This document shows positions 11,901 to 26,419 of a stretch of 64,000 nt of DNA, in pieces (the first letter of the stretch is position 1; each line of letters starts with the position of its first letter). The DNA comes from Lingula anatina (Eukaryota; Animalia; Brachiopoda), in assembly GCA_051362555.1 (NCBI GenBank), contig CM120641.1:47932401-47996400 (forward strand), written 5' to 3'. The translations under genes and the position numbers were made by a program. The notes beneath the pieces are model-generated. The model searched no databases. It saw only the letters and a program-made list of their open reading frames with translations, and was not told the DNA's origin.

Positions 11901-14900
11901 AGGGTTGTCCTATGGTGGTATCCCAGCAATTGCTGTACTTATCCCATACAGTGCGACAGTCTATGCCAGCCTCGGTGCAAACTGAAAAGATATCATTATT
12001 CAAAAATAAAAAGTTGGCCCAGATTTCTTGTTGCATATTAACATACCAAGAACACGTAGGCAATACATGTATGTGTTATAATACTGTATACGTATATTTA
12101 TTGTCTTCAGTAGCCACAATAACTATCAATATGCCTCTCATGGAAATCATTCAAGATGGTCTAAACCGAGGCTGTCAGTAATGGCTTAGTAATGGATTAG
12201 AAAGTATGCAAAAACCCACGTGGGCTGAGGGTGAAACATAATGGTGGGACTGTTGTGCAAAAGACAAAACTTTAGTTTAAAAAACACAGAAAATTATTCT
12301 TGCATAAATTCTGTCATCTTTTCTTTGCTGTACCTAAAAGCTAGTCTGCCATTGTTTCTGACTCCACTCTCCTCTAAATCCCTAGAAATCTCGCTTGATT
12401 TTATGCTTAGTTGCGAGACTTAAGACTATTTCGGAAGATTCCCATTTTGGCCTAACATATCAAGTTCAAATTGCATAATTTGTCAACAACTGACATACTT
12501 AGTTACATGTAACTTATCAAGTGAGTGACATAGCATCGGGCAAACAGTGGTCATATTTGTTGAAATGCGATAATTGCATTTACTTAACATTTCGATTAAA
12601 ATGAAATGTCGATTTACCTGCCTCGATTAAATCATAATGAAAGCCTGCCAAGTAGCCAGAGGTGTCTCTGAAATAAGAACAATGCGTTATGGATATGAAT
12701 GTTAGCACGTATTTCATGCAGTGTACGTGACAATTTTGGGCAGTTTAATTACAGTGCACCTCGATCCTAGCATTTTATTGCTCATTTTATAGAAACCACA
12801 TTGTGTTGATTAAAATGTCTTCCTAAAAAAAAAAAAAAAAAAAAAAAAAACAGATATGCCAATGACTAGTTGGAGTTTAAAGTTTCTCAACCAGCGGTAA
12901 TGAGAGGCTGAACATTGTTGCACATAGTTAGTTAATTTTTCAGAATTCCCCTCAGTTTCATAAAGAAAAAAATCATTATATATAAAAACCGAAAAACACT
13001 TATCCAGTTTGACAAATACATATACAGGTTAGTAATGTATTTGGATAGCAAAAATATTGAACAAGTCACGACAGTATTAAGTTCAGAAAATACTTAAAAC
13101 ACTGGAAGGATTTGAAGGCGCTTTTTTGGGGACTACTGTATAATCAGTTGCGGGCCATACACTGTACCACTTCTTTTTACTATTGTAATTCGGCGGAGAT
13201 AAGTTTTTTTTTTTATTTTTTCACAGAAAAATCTACCTACATATATTGGTGCGCGCCCCAGTCATGTCCTACGGCAAGCGTGAAGATCCGTCCTCCTGCA
13301 GACGATCCTTGTCCTGCAGAGGTGCTGCCACCTTTTGACGTTTGGTCGCCTTGAATGGTGATGTTTGGAGCCGTAGAGGATCTTGATACTGCCACTACAG
13401 CTATAACTATTGCTACTATGGTGACGACTGCACACACTGCTACCAGCACTATCAAAATGCGGTTTCCTGAACTAGAAGGCTCAGCTACGAAAACAACATG
13501 ATTGATTGTTAATTGATATTTTGTTAACATTAATAATGTGTTTTAACTCCAGAAATTTTGAAAAAAAAAAACATATTGTCAATAATATATATGCTGATGA
13601 CACAGTGCTAATAGCAGATGATGATAACAACTTGTCACTCCTACTGCATATAGTTATATCAGAGAGTAGAGGGAAGGGTCTGATCTGAAAAGTTTAAAGG
13701 CTGTCAGATACAGTTGCTCCGGTCTGTAGCATTTATACAAACAATACTAAATTAAAACTAAAAGTCACTCGACTCAATATCGAGGCATTTTCCTTACTTC
13801 TGATGGCAGAGTGTCAACAAAAATATCATCAAAACTTGGACGAGCAAAAGAAAAAAAAAATTACCAAATGAAAAACATAACCAACCGTATCAATAGAGAG
13901 AATTTAAAAAATGCTGCATAGAACCAATTGTAATGTTCCGTCAGGAAACGCGGATCATAGGCTTTAAAATTAGTAATAATAATGATGATAATAATAATAA
14001 TAATAATAATAATAAACAGCCAAATGTTTGAAACGAGACACTTAACTGGCCTTAACCCCCCCTCCCCCCCCCCCCCCCCCCCCCCCCCCTTATCCACTGA
14101 TTAAAGTTTTGGTGCAGATTGGGTAAAATTTACTGTTCTGGCATTGAGACTCAAAAGTATTCCCTTCTCTCCAGTCAGTGCTTTCATTTGCAGCCTTTTG
14201 GATGTTGCTGGTTGTTTCAAAACAACACATGCCTCAAACACAACTTGAAGTTAGGACAAAGTGTAAATCAAATGCATTTACCAACCGGACCAGGAAAGGC
14301 TAGCTACTTACTTATGACTTGCCATGTAATAAAAAAAAGATATTACAGCAATAACAATTCTTCGTATGAGATCTATATTCCACAATAAATACACTGTAAA
14401 CAACTCATAGAAATATTATATTTTCTATTTTACCACAAAAAAGGCACGTAACCGCCATAGTAGATGGCTATACTCTGTTATAATCTCTTAAGAGATTATT
14501 ATAAAAAAACTTTTTAGAAAAAAAAACAGGGACTGACTTTGAATGCAGATATGTATTAATTAACAATTGGTAAGTATGGGAAGATTGTTTACCCCAGGAA
14601 AATTCATTTGTTGGCCAAAATGAAAATTGTTATCCTTTTAATGAGCAACTGGAAATTCGTGGAGAAAAAGAAACAGAATGATATGAGACAAAGAGGAAAA
14701 ATGCTGGACAGCAGCAAATATTATGTGAATGACGCATACTACGATGATGTGTAGGGGCATACTAACATGATGACGACGATGATGATGATATTGATTTAGA
14801 ATTTGTACCCGGGCTGAGAAAATGACCTTGTTTTTTTATACAATGGTATTTTGATAAGTTATATTCTTAACAGGGTATTTACTCTTACTTCGTACAGTGT

Positions 14901-14956
14901 ATGTGTAAGTTACCTGCCGGAGCAGTGCCACCGTCCATGATTTCAAATTTCTGCAT
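8907..14956 (-). CDS. SBP-family-3-like paralog 2, type II membrane-anchored (~325-331 aa)
   Basis: Exons: 14956-14914, 13466 (or in-frame 13484)-13241 (TM, stalk, RIFTLAVGHDWGAHQY), 12667-12618, 11981-11886, 11083-10913, 10627-10497, 9505-9280, 8941-8907 (GSRGHVPCVDG*). All GT-AG, intron phases 1,2,1,1,1,0,1, open frame. Confidence 0.9.
13575..14770 (+). mobile_element. Degenerate RTE-like LINE reverse-transcriptase remnant in an intron of paralog 2
   Basis: NNIYADDTVLIADDDNNLSLLLHIVISESRGKGL contains the YADD catalytic motif plus typical downstream LINE sequence. It is followed by a TSDGR-type segment and interrupted by simple repeats and a MITE. Confidence 0.75.
14346..14637. mobile_element. 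Second copy of the TTAA-targeting MITE seen at 19904-20217, inserted into the LINE remnant
   Basis: Shares tcttcgtatgagatc...aacaactcatagaaat...ccccaggaaaattcatt...gttatcct with 19904-20217. Absent at the equivalent position in paralog 1 (about 6657). Confidence 0.6.
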
Positions 14957-17900
14957 CAAATGTCGGTTGCAAACTCTAAAACAAAAATGAGAGCTTTTAG
15001 AATCAAATATCAAGAAATTTTGTGACATTAACAATTAAAAGCATCAGTGCTGATCATTGTTTGACATCAGTATACACTCAAACCATTTCTGTGGCCATGG
15101 AATTTATTTCTCTATTTTCGACATATTTATCATCATTACAATAATAATAATAATAATAATGAAGCTGATCGCCACAAGACATATTAGCTAGTGCCTGTTT
15201 AAATTTGATGGTTTTAACCCTCTAAATGGTTCTTGTGGTACAAACGATCCTTTTTTTGCGTTTGTTGGGTCGAAACTACCTCCTGTTACCATGGTAAAAA
15301 TGCATCTCCCTAACTTAAGAGCCGTATATTAATAATATAATAAGATAATTGGTGTTGGGATATTTCAATGGTCCAGATGGGTAGATATACACCACTGTTT
15401 GCTCTACAGCTTACGTCACCAATTTAATTTAAACTATGATCTGTTGACTAGATGTTAAGCAAAATTTAGTTAATTCTAATTTTAGGGTGCCTGCTGGCAA
15501 TGTTCATAATTGCGGCAGGGATGATACAGTTTACATGTTTGCATTAATTTTGGTTTGTTAAATCGAATGTTAAGATCAGATTTTAAGGTCAAATTTAAAT
15601 TTTACTGGAATTTGGTAAAAGCTGCTCTACTTTGCGGGCCTCTTCAAACCAAGATACCAAAAAGTAGGTTTATTTGAATCCCGGAGACAGCATGAGTAAT
15701 TAAAAGTACAAATACACGGATCAGTGGGAATGTGCACGAGGGAGGGGGGTATGTAGGTCAGAGAGAGCGGATGGTTGTTACAATTTTTAGAACTGTAAAT
15801 TTTTCACCATTTTTTTAATTCACACTCAAAACAGTGTTTACAGGTTACATACAGAAAGTTGCTCTCAATATTTAAATATATTGAGGCTATATTTAAAGTA
15901 TGTATGAAATTACATGCATTATGTGAATCAGTGTAACTTGAAGAAGACCAGAAATAAAACGAACCAGGAAAGGCTAAACAAGCAATCAACCAATCAAAAT
16001 GCTATATAACAGAATAGATACACACATTCAAAGATACATACAAACGCCCACAAAAACATACACTCACATTTTCTCTTTCTTACCTGCTGCGGTGATGTCA
16101 TTGAAACATGTCCCACAAAAGGTTATAATCCACTTCGACTGACAGTACTCCACTAGCAGAATACAAATATGGTTTAGTACGTGATATTAGTCGTGTTGGA
16201 ATGTAGATGTGATGAACGAGGTCGGGATAAAACAAGGTTAACAGCATTTATGCAAAGTATAGCTTGTTTATTACATAAGGTGAGTATTAAAGTACCACCA
16301 TACCGTGTGCCTTACTACATGTACAAAAGAGGTTTCTCTTGGTTTCTAATTAGCATATGATAAAACAGATTAAGAGGCTAAATAAGCATAACCTTCATGC
16401 ATTATGGAAATAGTAAAGCACATTCCTTCTTGCATGTATGCATCTTTCACGTACATGTAACCAAGGTCTATTGATGGTGGAGCGAAACGATGTAATTAAC
16501 TCTAATGGATTAATTATTCTTTAAAACGGGAGTAGCTCCGTTTCATTATACAACCATTAAAAAACGATACGTCTATAAATACATGTATTTATCAGAACGC
16601 TATTCTGCACGCATGTTCTTCCATCCTTAAAAATCTCCCACGTTACCTACACTGTACTAGTATGTTAACATATTATCAAAACCTCTTTAGGTCATGTAAA
16701 AAGAATACGCAATTCCCACCAAGTAGATTTAAATGGGTTAAATATCAGGCTGATCCTCGCGAATCTGGATCGAAAACTTTTGGTAGATATTCATAGGGTT
16801 GTTGTCTTACAATCAAGACTGTAAGAGACAGTGATAGCTCCAGAATTGATTTTATAGTTTAAAATGACGCATTACAAGCACATCTAGCAAATGAATTTAG
16901 ATAATAATAAAAAAATAATAGTATAAGATATGAGATAACAAAAGTATTACTTGTCACCCCCTTGAAATGACGAAAAGATCAATTCACCTTCTAAAGCAGC
17001 CAACTGGATGAATTGAAAATTTAAAGAATACCAAAATACCAAAAATTTCACTCACTACGCTGATAGAGGTTTCCAAAAGTGATGACTGATACATTAGCAA
17101 AAGCATTTGCCAAACCTCCTACCCAGTACACACTGGTAGAGAGTGCAAGCCGCAAAGAACACTAACTGTGATTACTAGAAAATGATAAAAAGAAAATTGC
17201 TAAAATTGTTATGTTTATTTTTCACAAGCGTTATACGTCATAATAAGACAGTTTTGAGCATTTACTATAAAAATAATAGAAAAAATACAAATGTTATCTA
17301 GAATACATACAAAACAGCCTAAGGCCTATAGCACTCTCCTGAATATGTTTTAAAATCTTTTGCAATATTTTGTTGTTAGAAAATATCTTAGTTCTTCTGT
17401 ATGAAGGCAAACACCCCTTCGATATATATATTGTGACAAATGAGTTCTGTTCCTTTTAACAAGAAATGAACAATAAAGTCCGTCAGTGAAACAAACATTT
17501 TGTTCAATCTGCATAGCTGTTACATGTACTATGCTTTTAAATTGCAGATTATCGCTTTCCAAATTGGAGGGTCCTACGGTAAATAAAACAGTGGAAATTA
17601 TTGAACAAATCAAAATTGCGCCAATATCACAAAAATGCGCGTCGCTGAAGAGACTCAAAAGTTCACATTTTTGTTGAATTAGTACTTAGTAAGTTAAAAA
17701 CCTTAGAAATATTCACAAATCGACAATCTTAAGGCTCCGGAGAGGGTTGATATCGTGTCAGGTGAGAACAGGTGGATCCTCTCAGTTGGTCTATAATGCC
17801 TTATGTATCAGAGGGTTACTCTGTTTGAACAGGATGGTGACCAAGATACATACTGAACATGTGTCTGAATTTCGTCTTTCAACAACGGATATAATTCTTG

Positions 17901-18008
17901 CAATTTAATGGATATTAAAAGCAGGTTAAAACCGAAATATGCTCAAAGAATCCTATCAATATATGTTAGTCAAATATCACTTCAACAAAAAACGGGTTTT
18001 GTGTATCG

Positions 18009-18011
<3 letters not shown>

Positions 18012-18062
<51 letters not shown>
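18012..18062. repeat. Poly-T tract (~50 nt)
   Basis: Direct reading. Confidence 0.9.
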
Positions 18063-18063
<1 letters not shown>

Positions 18064-18252
18064 GTGGAAATCTTTGTACACTGTCCGAAAATGACACGGC
18101 CGTCTTCAATGAAAAAAAAAAGAAAAAAAAAAACAAGCAAACAATAGGAACTGAACTTTCTGATGGGTCTTAATTGTCAGTTAGTACTTTTTTCTCCGAA
18201 ATCTCTCTTCTCCAGTCTCTTTCCCGCTCTTGGTGATATTTTCATGATATTT

Positions 18253-21200
18253 CTAGCCATCGACGCAGGTCACGGAACCACGAGAACCTACAAAAAAGCG
18301 GATCTGATATATACTTGCTTTACAATTTTTTACGTGAGACCACTCCTCTCCGACTGAATTCTAATCATGTTTATCTTTAGAAACCAAAATGTTAGGTCCA
18401 GTAACTATGGTTGTTGTTTTTCACATTTTAATTAGGGAAGCTATTCAGTTTCGACATCTCAGCTGATATCCTGTGTATGAAGAATAATGCTTTTTAGAGC
18501 TGTTTTCATGTGACTCACCGTGTTTTGTAGCCGCTGCGTCGCATAATTTCTTAAACTTCCCGCTGGTGACCAGCTTGCTGAGGCCTACGTTCCATTTTGA
18601 GTTGAAGTCGTTGTCTTTCCGTGTCATCATCCCGTTGCCGGACAACATGCAAGAAAACCCAGCCCCAGGGACTTGTTCAACCTCAGGGTTGGCTCTTGAT
18701 GCATAGTCCGCCATGTCTAGGGCAGACACGAAGGCCGCTTCTATCTATTTGTGCAGAAAAACAGAGTATATTTAGTTTGCACCAAACATACGTGTGTAGC
18801 ATAGTCCTGTTTACTGGAAAATGAAATATCTCTACTGTATGAATCCAAATATGTCAGTTCTCCTGTAATATATGACGAAGTCAAATTCCGTTTTCTCTGC
18901 AATGTTTCAAGAACACTGAACACTTAATACATTTCAAAATCGGAATAGAACACGCTTTATATCTTACTTCTCCACTTTTCAACTTGGCTACGATATCTGC
19001 AGGGTTATTAACATGGACGACGGTCATACTATCCTGACCCGTGACGTCGGTCCATCTGGCCAGACACTTCTCGTCACTAGCCCAGCCATCAATGAAACCT
19101 TAAATAATCAAGGAGATTGATTTTGTATTTTACATTACTGTTTTTATTACCTACCTGAATGACAACAATGTGGCAATACATTGAAACAGTTAATCTAGAA
19201 TATACACGAATTTATTCAAAGAAAAACTAAACAAGACTAACAAGACAAGTTCATCCGGGAACGCAGCCTCTACCTGAATCTACCTGAGTGAATACAGTAT
19301 GTTGTTTGGAGAAGTTATAACTTACAAGAGACTTAAAACATCGTCAACAACTTTAGATCCTAAAATTCCCGCTTCGATTTCTACTTGATACAATATACTT
19401 ATCGGCGTTATACATGTATGCTTTGATCAAAATATGTGTCCTACCAATTTTCTTGTTAGCTACATTTCTGGATGGAAACGAAGCAGCGTTCCCCGTCTTC
19501 GTAAAAAAATAGCTGGTTGGGGGCTTGAGGAATGGCGAAGAAAAGCTGAACACCTGGATCCTACCTATGGTTGGAAACCAGCCGGTACAAGCATCATACC
19601 AACGGCCCATCAAACCTGAAATGTGGTTTTATAGGACAACTACATGTTTCAATTTAGCAGTTTCTCTTGCGAAATGGTGGTAAGGTGGTAATTTCCTCAA
19701 CACCAAAAACATTAATTTTAAGAATTTTCATTAAAATAAGTAGTATACCTAAAGATACGAAATTTAAATATTTAGTATCATTCATTTTATATATCTACAT
19801 AAATCATGTATTTTTTTCTAGACGAGGCAAATTTGATTAATTCAGTAAATTTTTATTGATTTGAGCCAAATTAAAATAGGCCACATTTTTCGGTGAAGAT
19901 TAAAGGGATAACTCTTCGTATGAGATCTTTATTTCACGATGAATACATTGTAAACAACTCATAGAAATATAATATATTCTATTTTACAACAAGAACGGCA
20001 GTTATAGCAGTTATTTTGAAATCTGTGTTTGCCATCGGACCGCATGACCTCCATAGATGGCTATACTCTGTAATAATCTCTTAAGAGATCATTACAAAAA
20101 AGCGAACTTTTAAGGAAAAAACAGACACCTTTGAATGTAGAAATGGATTATACAGGAAAATTGTCATTTACCCCAGGAAAATTCATTTTTTGGCCAAAAT
20201 GAACAGTTGTTATCCTTATAATTTTTGCTAACGTTCGTTTTTAGTACATACCCCCCCCCCCCCACACACACACACACACACACAAACATCACTTACCCTG
20301 GCCGCCGTGTGAGGGTTGTCCTGGGGTGGAATCCCAGCAATTGACGTACTTGTCCCATACAGTACGACAGTCCATGCCAGCCTCGGTGCAAACTGAAAAG
20401 ATATAAAGCCTAGATTACATTTGAAATGCCATGCCAGTACATTGCACGTATACTGCCCGTAATACCCTTTTTGCACGGCGTCTGAGCGGGGGTAGACGGT
20501 GGCCGTGCGAAATTGCACGGAATTGTATGGATTTAAGGCCATGTAATGTAGAGGCTACACTCGGTGTAGCCCGTAGCTCCTTGCGATTTCAAAAAAAAAA
20601 TTGTTCGGACAATTTCATCGCACGGCCCCGTGTAAATGTAATCTAGGCTTGTTTAATTTGTTAACAACCGAAATTTGTCGTTAAATTATTAAGTGAGTGA
20701 TAGAGCGTCAGATGGGGGGGGGGGGGGGGGGGGCAGTGATCAAATTATTTAAAATTCGACAAATTACTTAACATTCGATGAAAACGAAATGTCGATTTAC
20801 CTGCGTCGATTAAATCATAATGGAAGCCTGCCAAATAGCCAGAGGTGTCTCTGAAACAGGAACAATACAGCTACCAGCATGTTGAATGGATATGAATGTA
20901 AGAACGTGTTTCATATGTGACAATTTAAGCATTTATTGCTTTTTTTTATGGAAACCACACTGTGTTGATTAAAATGCATTAATAAGAAATGACTAAGGAT
21001 ATGTCAATGAATAGATAGAGTTTCTAAAGCGGCGGTATTGAAAACCTTATAGGCCTACAATATGGCTGTACACTGTTGTACATAGATCGGTAATTTTGCA
21101 GAATTCTCCTTAATTTTATACAGAAAACATACGTTTTTGTCATGGTTTTTCCTTAATCGAGTTATGTGGTGTTTTTGATAAACATCTCTGTTTTCAAGAA

Positions 21201-22851
21201 ATTAGTTTTGTTATTTACGGATATTTCGGTTTACCTTAGTTCTCATTATATATAAAAGGCTTGAATTTATCAAAACCGAAAACTAATTATCTACTTTTCC
21301 AAACACACATATAAGTACGTAGTTTATTTGAATGACAGATATATTTGTCAAAGTCACGACAGTATTAAATTCAGAAAATCCTAGAAGTCTAGAAGGGTTT
21401 GAGGACGTCTTTTGTGCCTACTGGCAGCACAGGCTTCAAACATCTGCGCATGTGCGAAAAGTGTGCTGTTTGAAATGAACAAGTTGGTGAAATTGACAAA
21501 GCCTGCCGGTGTTTACCGTGTGGTTGATTTTATTTCATTTGCTCTCTGGTGTCTTTCTGAAAATTTACATTAGAAATGTTATATTGATTTTATGTTTTAA
21601 AAAGTAAATCCGTCGGAATTCCTTAGAATAACATTAATTTTACCTTCATTTTTAAGGGGATTCCCATTGTATTTATAGTGTTATATGTGGCCCCAATGGG
21701 GATTTTCACACCTCCCCCACTCTTGATTAATAAAATTCTTCATCGGCCAGATTGAAAATGATATTGCAAAATACATTCAAAATCGTAGGAAGGTTAATTG
21801 CAGATAATACTGCGAGGACATTCTTGTGCAAGGGCAAACTTGGCCAATATAATTTTTTTTCTTCGTCTCCCGGTTTTGGGGCGCCTGTTCTAATTTTTGA
21901 AAGCGAGGCAATGGAACCAAACAATACGATGCAATTTGTAATCTCGAAAAAATTGCCATTTTCAATAAAGACCATAGCATGGAGTAAATCGAAATGCGAC
22001 TCGTTTATTATTATGATCTTTAATAATCATTAATATTAAATATACGATTTAAGAAGTTCTTGTTCCTGGCCTATTTATTAACTTAATTGATTTTTTAAAG
22101 TATTTGGAGATTAAAAGCACAAAAGTTGTCTGGTTTCATATCGAGGCACCCCATTTCGTTCGTGTGCTCCTACTGGCACTGTATAAGCAATCGCGGGTTA
22201 TGCCACGTCTTTTTACTATGGTATTTTTATCGGCAGAGATATTTCTTTTCCACAGAAAAATCTACCTACATATATTCGTGAGCGCCCCAGTCATGTCCTA
22301 TGGCGATCGTGAAGATCCGTCCTCCAGATGACGATGAGACTGCAGAGCCTGAGCTCCCACCAGAACTCCCAGCAGACGATCCTTGTCCAGAGGTGCTGCC
22401 ACCTATTGTAGTTTGGTCGCCTTGAATGGTGATGTTTGGAGTGGTCGAGGATCTCGATACTGCCACTACAGCTATAACTATGGCAATTACGGCGACGATT
22501 GCACACACTGCTACCAGTACTATCAAAATGCGGTTTCCTGAAGACGCAATTAGGAAAATAAAATAAATAGTTACAACGTTTTGTTGACAGTAATGATGAA
22601 TTCAAACCTTAGGAAACAGCCAGAGAAGAATTTCGTCAGCTGTGTTATGTAAAGAAAATAAAGAATTCTTTCTTCAGTCAACAGCTTATTATTGAAATAA
22701 TTTACTATATTTTGATGCCTAATAGAGCATCTTAATCTGGAAATGAGGCTACCCGGGTGTATTTTGGACAGATTTTGGAAATGATTTGATTTTAAGATCT
22801 GAAGTTACCTGCAGGAGCAGCGCCACCTTCCATGATTTCAAATTTCTGCAT
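18253..22851 (-). CDS. SBP-family-3-like paralog 3, type II membrane-anchored (~339 aa)
   Basis: Exons: 22851-22809 (MQKFEIMEGGAAPA), 22537-22270, 20850-20801, 20392-20297, 19615-19445, 19098-18968, 18744-18519, 18287-18253 (GSRGSVTCVDG*). All GT-AG, same phases, open frame. Confidence 0.9.
19904..20217. mobile_element. Non-autonomous DNA transposon inserted at TTAA (Kolobok-like termini)
   Basis: ttaa|agggataac ... gttatcctt|ataa. The homologous intron of paralog 2 (about 11612-11640, cggtgaagattaatttttgttagc) is an empty site. Confidence 0.7.
20406..20650. mobile_element. MITE with 17-bp terminal inverted repeats
   Basis: aagcctagattacattt ... aaatgtaatctaggctt. It lies next to an exon acceptor and only in paralog 3. 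Confidence 0.65.
21426..22168. mobile_element. Insertion with a 9-bp target-site duplication (Mutator/MULE-like, non-autonomous)
   Basis: cctactggc direct repeats at 21417-21425 and 22169-22177, with short agcaca/tgtgct termini. The homologous intron in paralog 2 (about 13110-13160) lacks it. Confidence 0.6.
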
Positions 22852-25800
22852 CAATAATCGGCGAAGGAAATGTTAACCACTCTGAAGAGGAAAATAAGAC
22901 AGCTTTACTAAAACTCAAATATTTAGACAGTTTGCTGCACAGAATAAAAGCATGGGACATACGGGTGAAGGGCGACACAACGCGACAGTGTAACCATTTT
23001 CAATGCGTCGGCGATATAGCTGTCCCAAGCAGAGGTATCCCTCTTCATAAGGAATACGACAAGGTTGTACGGTAATATCTTTATTTTCAACATATTCATC
23101 ACAGATAATAATAATAATAATAATAATAATAATCGCCGAAAGGAGAAATAGGCCTACAAGTACATGTAGATATTTTCAACAAAATCAGCCATGCACTAAT
23201 GTTAGAATAGGCGAGAAATCTTTTTTCTATTTATCTTTTAGTCATAAAAGGATGGTAACGTAAATGTAACCCTAGCACGATGCAACTGGTGAAAAACGCA
23301 CCCAATGACAATTTTAGCGCCATGCTACACAAGAGCGAGTTGTCAGACTGGAACGTAAATCTAAATCATCTCAGTGGACAGGTTTATGACAAGCCTAGAT
23401 GTACACATAAACGTAAAACGTGCAGGTCTAACCACATGTTTCCATGCTCCAACTAGTTTAAATAAAGCCCCGTACGATTTCGAAAGTACTTAATAATTCT
23501 TTACTGATACTTACTTTATATCATCAGGTCGCTTGTGAAGTTCTATTCGGTCTACTTAGATGATTTATACACTTATACATATGACCATTATCTTGTGCCT
23601 AAATTCTTTTTAATGTGCCTCACAACAAAAAAATTACGTATTTTGATTTTGAACTTATTTTACCTCTCCGAAAATAATTATTTTCCTAATAATTATCTAA
23701 CCAGGTTGACTTGGGACAAAAAAATTGTTAGAATTTGACGAAGATGCATATTTCACCTTTACAACTGAGTGTAATCGACCTACGGAGACCGATAGTTTCG
23801 AGGGGACGGAACCCTAAGTACCCTTATGGTCTATACATAAAGAGGGGTTATAAGCTCTGAATAAATAAAATAGCATGGGCCAGTTGATATGTTCTTGACG
23901 AAGGCTCTATGGAGACTGAAATGGCGGTCCAGGCTCAAAGAGGGGAAATGCCATTGTAAAAAATTCTCCACTTATTACTATAAAAGTTATTCATTGATTT
24001 AGTAGTGCTACATATACAAAGTATGCCATTCCTTTGTAGGTATCTGTATATCAGTTCATTCTCACAGAGAGAGTTGCTTTAAATCGATATATCTATGAGT
24101 ATATTCTTAAATCAGCGTGACTTAAAAAAGACCAAAAATAAAACACAAGGTGGGATTAAAAAAAAAACAAGAAACCAGCAAACTAAAGGCCAATATTTTA
24201 ATATTGTTAAAACAACAAAGGTGATGTACTCACGATCTCGCTCTCTCTCTCTCTCTCTCTCTCTCGCTCGCTCGCTCACCTGCTGTGGTGCTTTCGTTGA
24301 AACCAATGTCTTACACACGAAGACAAACAACCGTGACCTTGGATGATGCTACTCTGCAGGTAGAGAACATAACAGAATACAAATATGCTAAATATACACC
24401 CCTAGTCGTGCTGGGACTGCAGGGCTCGGAGAAGAAGGGGGGATAGGACAAGACAAACAACATTATAGCAAGGGGATATTTCATTTATCACACGAGAAAA
24501 CTATTAAAGTACAATCTTCCTTGTAAAATAACCGAGGCGCTTGTATATCTTTTAAATTTTAATGGTGGTCGTCCTGGTCACCATCAATCTGTGCAAAGTA
24601 TTGACCATTCATATAATAATTAATATTTCTCAAATTACTTTTTTTTCATGAAAAATCTGTAGCTTTACATTAGCAACAAATTCTTCCCATGTACCTCCCT
24701 TTGTAATAATATACCGTTGAGTGTGATATTTGTCCAAAAATTCACCGCAAGCTACAAGATTAATTGCAATGCAAGGTTTAGCTGTTGATTATTCATAACG
24801 GATATGTCTCTATTTGTAACAAAGCAGAAAAAGATTTTGGCATTATTAACATGATAACAGTAGATCTAAGCTTTTATACAGGTGTATAATGATCAAGTTG
24901 TGGTCTTTAACTTTGGATACTGACCAAACCTAAAAATTCGTGACATTTTACTATCTTGCCCATTTATCTGAGCCCTTTGAATTGCCTCTTTATGAGTGGC
25001 CATAGTTGCAAATACGGATAACAAAATACAGTGATGACCAAGCAGGATTGTTTGTAATTTATTATGATTCATAATATGAAGATTGTTGTCTGTCTGTTAT
25101 AAATGATATTGATATTTGATGGTTGTGGTTCAAATAAGATACTTCTTGTAAACAGATCTAGATCAACCTCGGTCGACCAGACTAAATTGTGAAAAGAAGG
25201 GGTGAGATTCACAATGAAAATAGTGGTTGTTTCCCTTCTCTTTTTTCTTGCTTTGCAAAATAAGCATAGATAAATATAGGTTTAATAGTTTGTGTCAAAG
25301 CAGCGTGACCTATCAGTGCCCGTCTGAGTTTATATAGAACAAACACCGTGCACTACTGCTTATGGTTTTATAAACAATCTGGGTCATTTTATGTACGTGT
25401 ATTTTATGACTTTAACTTACTGTGGTGCGCAAGAAATCAACAAATCACAGTGGAATGAGTGAATTTTGTAATTTTTGCGCCATTATTCGGTCTCTTTTTT
25501 ATTTTTTTAAAATAACATCAAAATAGGATCGCTTTCAACCGCCGCTCTCTATCAAAATACATGTAGAAGTCAAGAAAAATGTTGAACAGAGCTAGGGTTG
25601 GGTGTCTGTTTAAAACTGAAGTGTATAGGCATAATAATATAAAAATAATAATATAAAAATATAATTGGAATGCGGTCGACACTCCTCACTGCACCTGTGC
25701 TACCCCTGATACTCCTTTACTCTTCTCATTCAGATACCCTCTACGGAATGGAAGTTACACGTCCCTTTTCCATTAAATGAAATATTGCAGGGTTATAAGG

Positions 25801-26119
25801 TCTGTTTTAGAACTCAGAAAGAAAAGCTATCATTGTTCCTTCGTGGTTATAAATCTTTTACTGTGGGACAAAATGAAATGATCTTTGTTACCTTATCTAC
25901 GTTCCTACATGTAAATGTACTTGACAACTTTGAAATCACTTAAACAGTACTCTTTTTTCGCTTTTTTAATTCAATAATTTTTCCATTTTTGTTTAGTTTG
26001 TGCGTGATAATAATATTATCGATTTATTTTTTGTTTATTCATTTATCTAGTTAGCTGTTCATTAGCCTTACGTTCATTTAGTTATGACCATTTTTTATAT
26101 CTCTCTTCTGTATGACCTT

Positions 26120-26419
26120 TTAACGTATGGCCTGTCTATGATCGGTGGTGAAACCTAAAATATTTTCACAAAACCATGTAATCACGTTGACCTTCCAAGA
26201 AGGACATTTACCCACACCAGTGGATCTGATGAAGAGATGCAAAATGGGTAAAAGTCTCTCACTTTCTGTTAAGAATATGCCAAACTGCACCATATTTTGC
26301 AGAAGATTACCTGTTTTTTGAGACAATCCATTTTCTTTTTTGTTTGTATAATTTGTCAACTTTTTACAGGTGCTGCAGATGCAAAGATTCTTCAGATCGT
26401 TTTTCAGTGCTTTCCACAC
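26120..26419 (-). pseudogene. Possible decayed DNA-transposase fragment (Academ-like motif)
   Basis: LLPILHLFIRSTGVGK...FTTDHRQAIR resembles the LL.FIR..R.G.W...FF..DH.NYAR block I recall from Academ-type transposases. Degenerate and isolated. Confidence 0.35.

Noticed and set aside
20251-20290. GT/G-rich tracts after the same exon donor in paralogs 3, 5 and 6 as a conserved splicing element
   Set aside because: Absent in paralogs 1, 2 and 4, and such simple repeats are common throughout the window.
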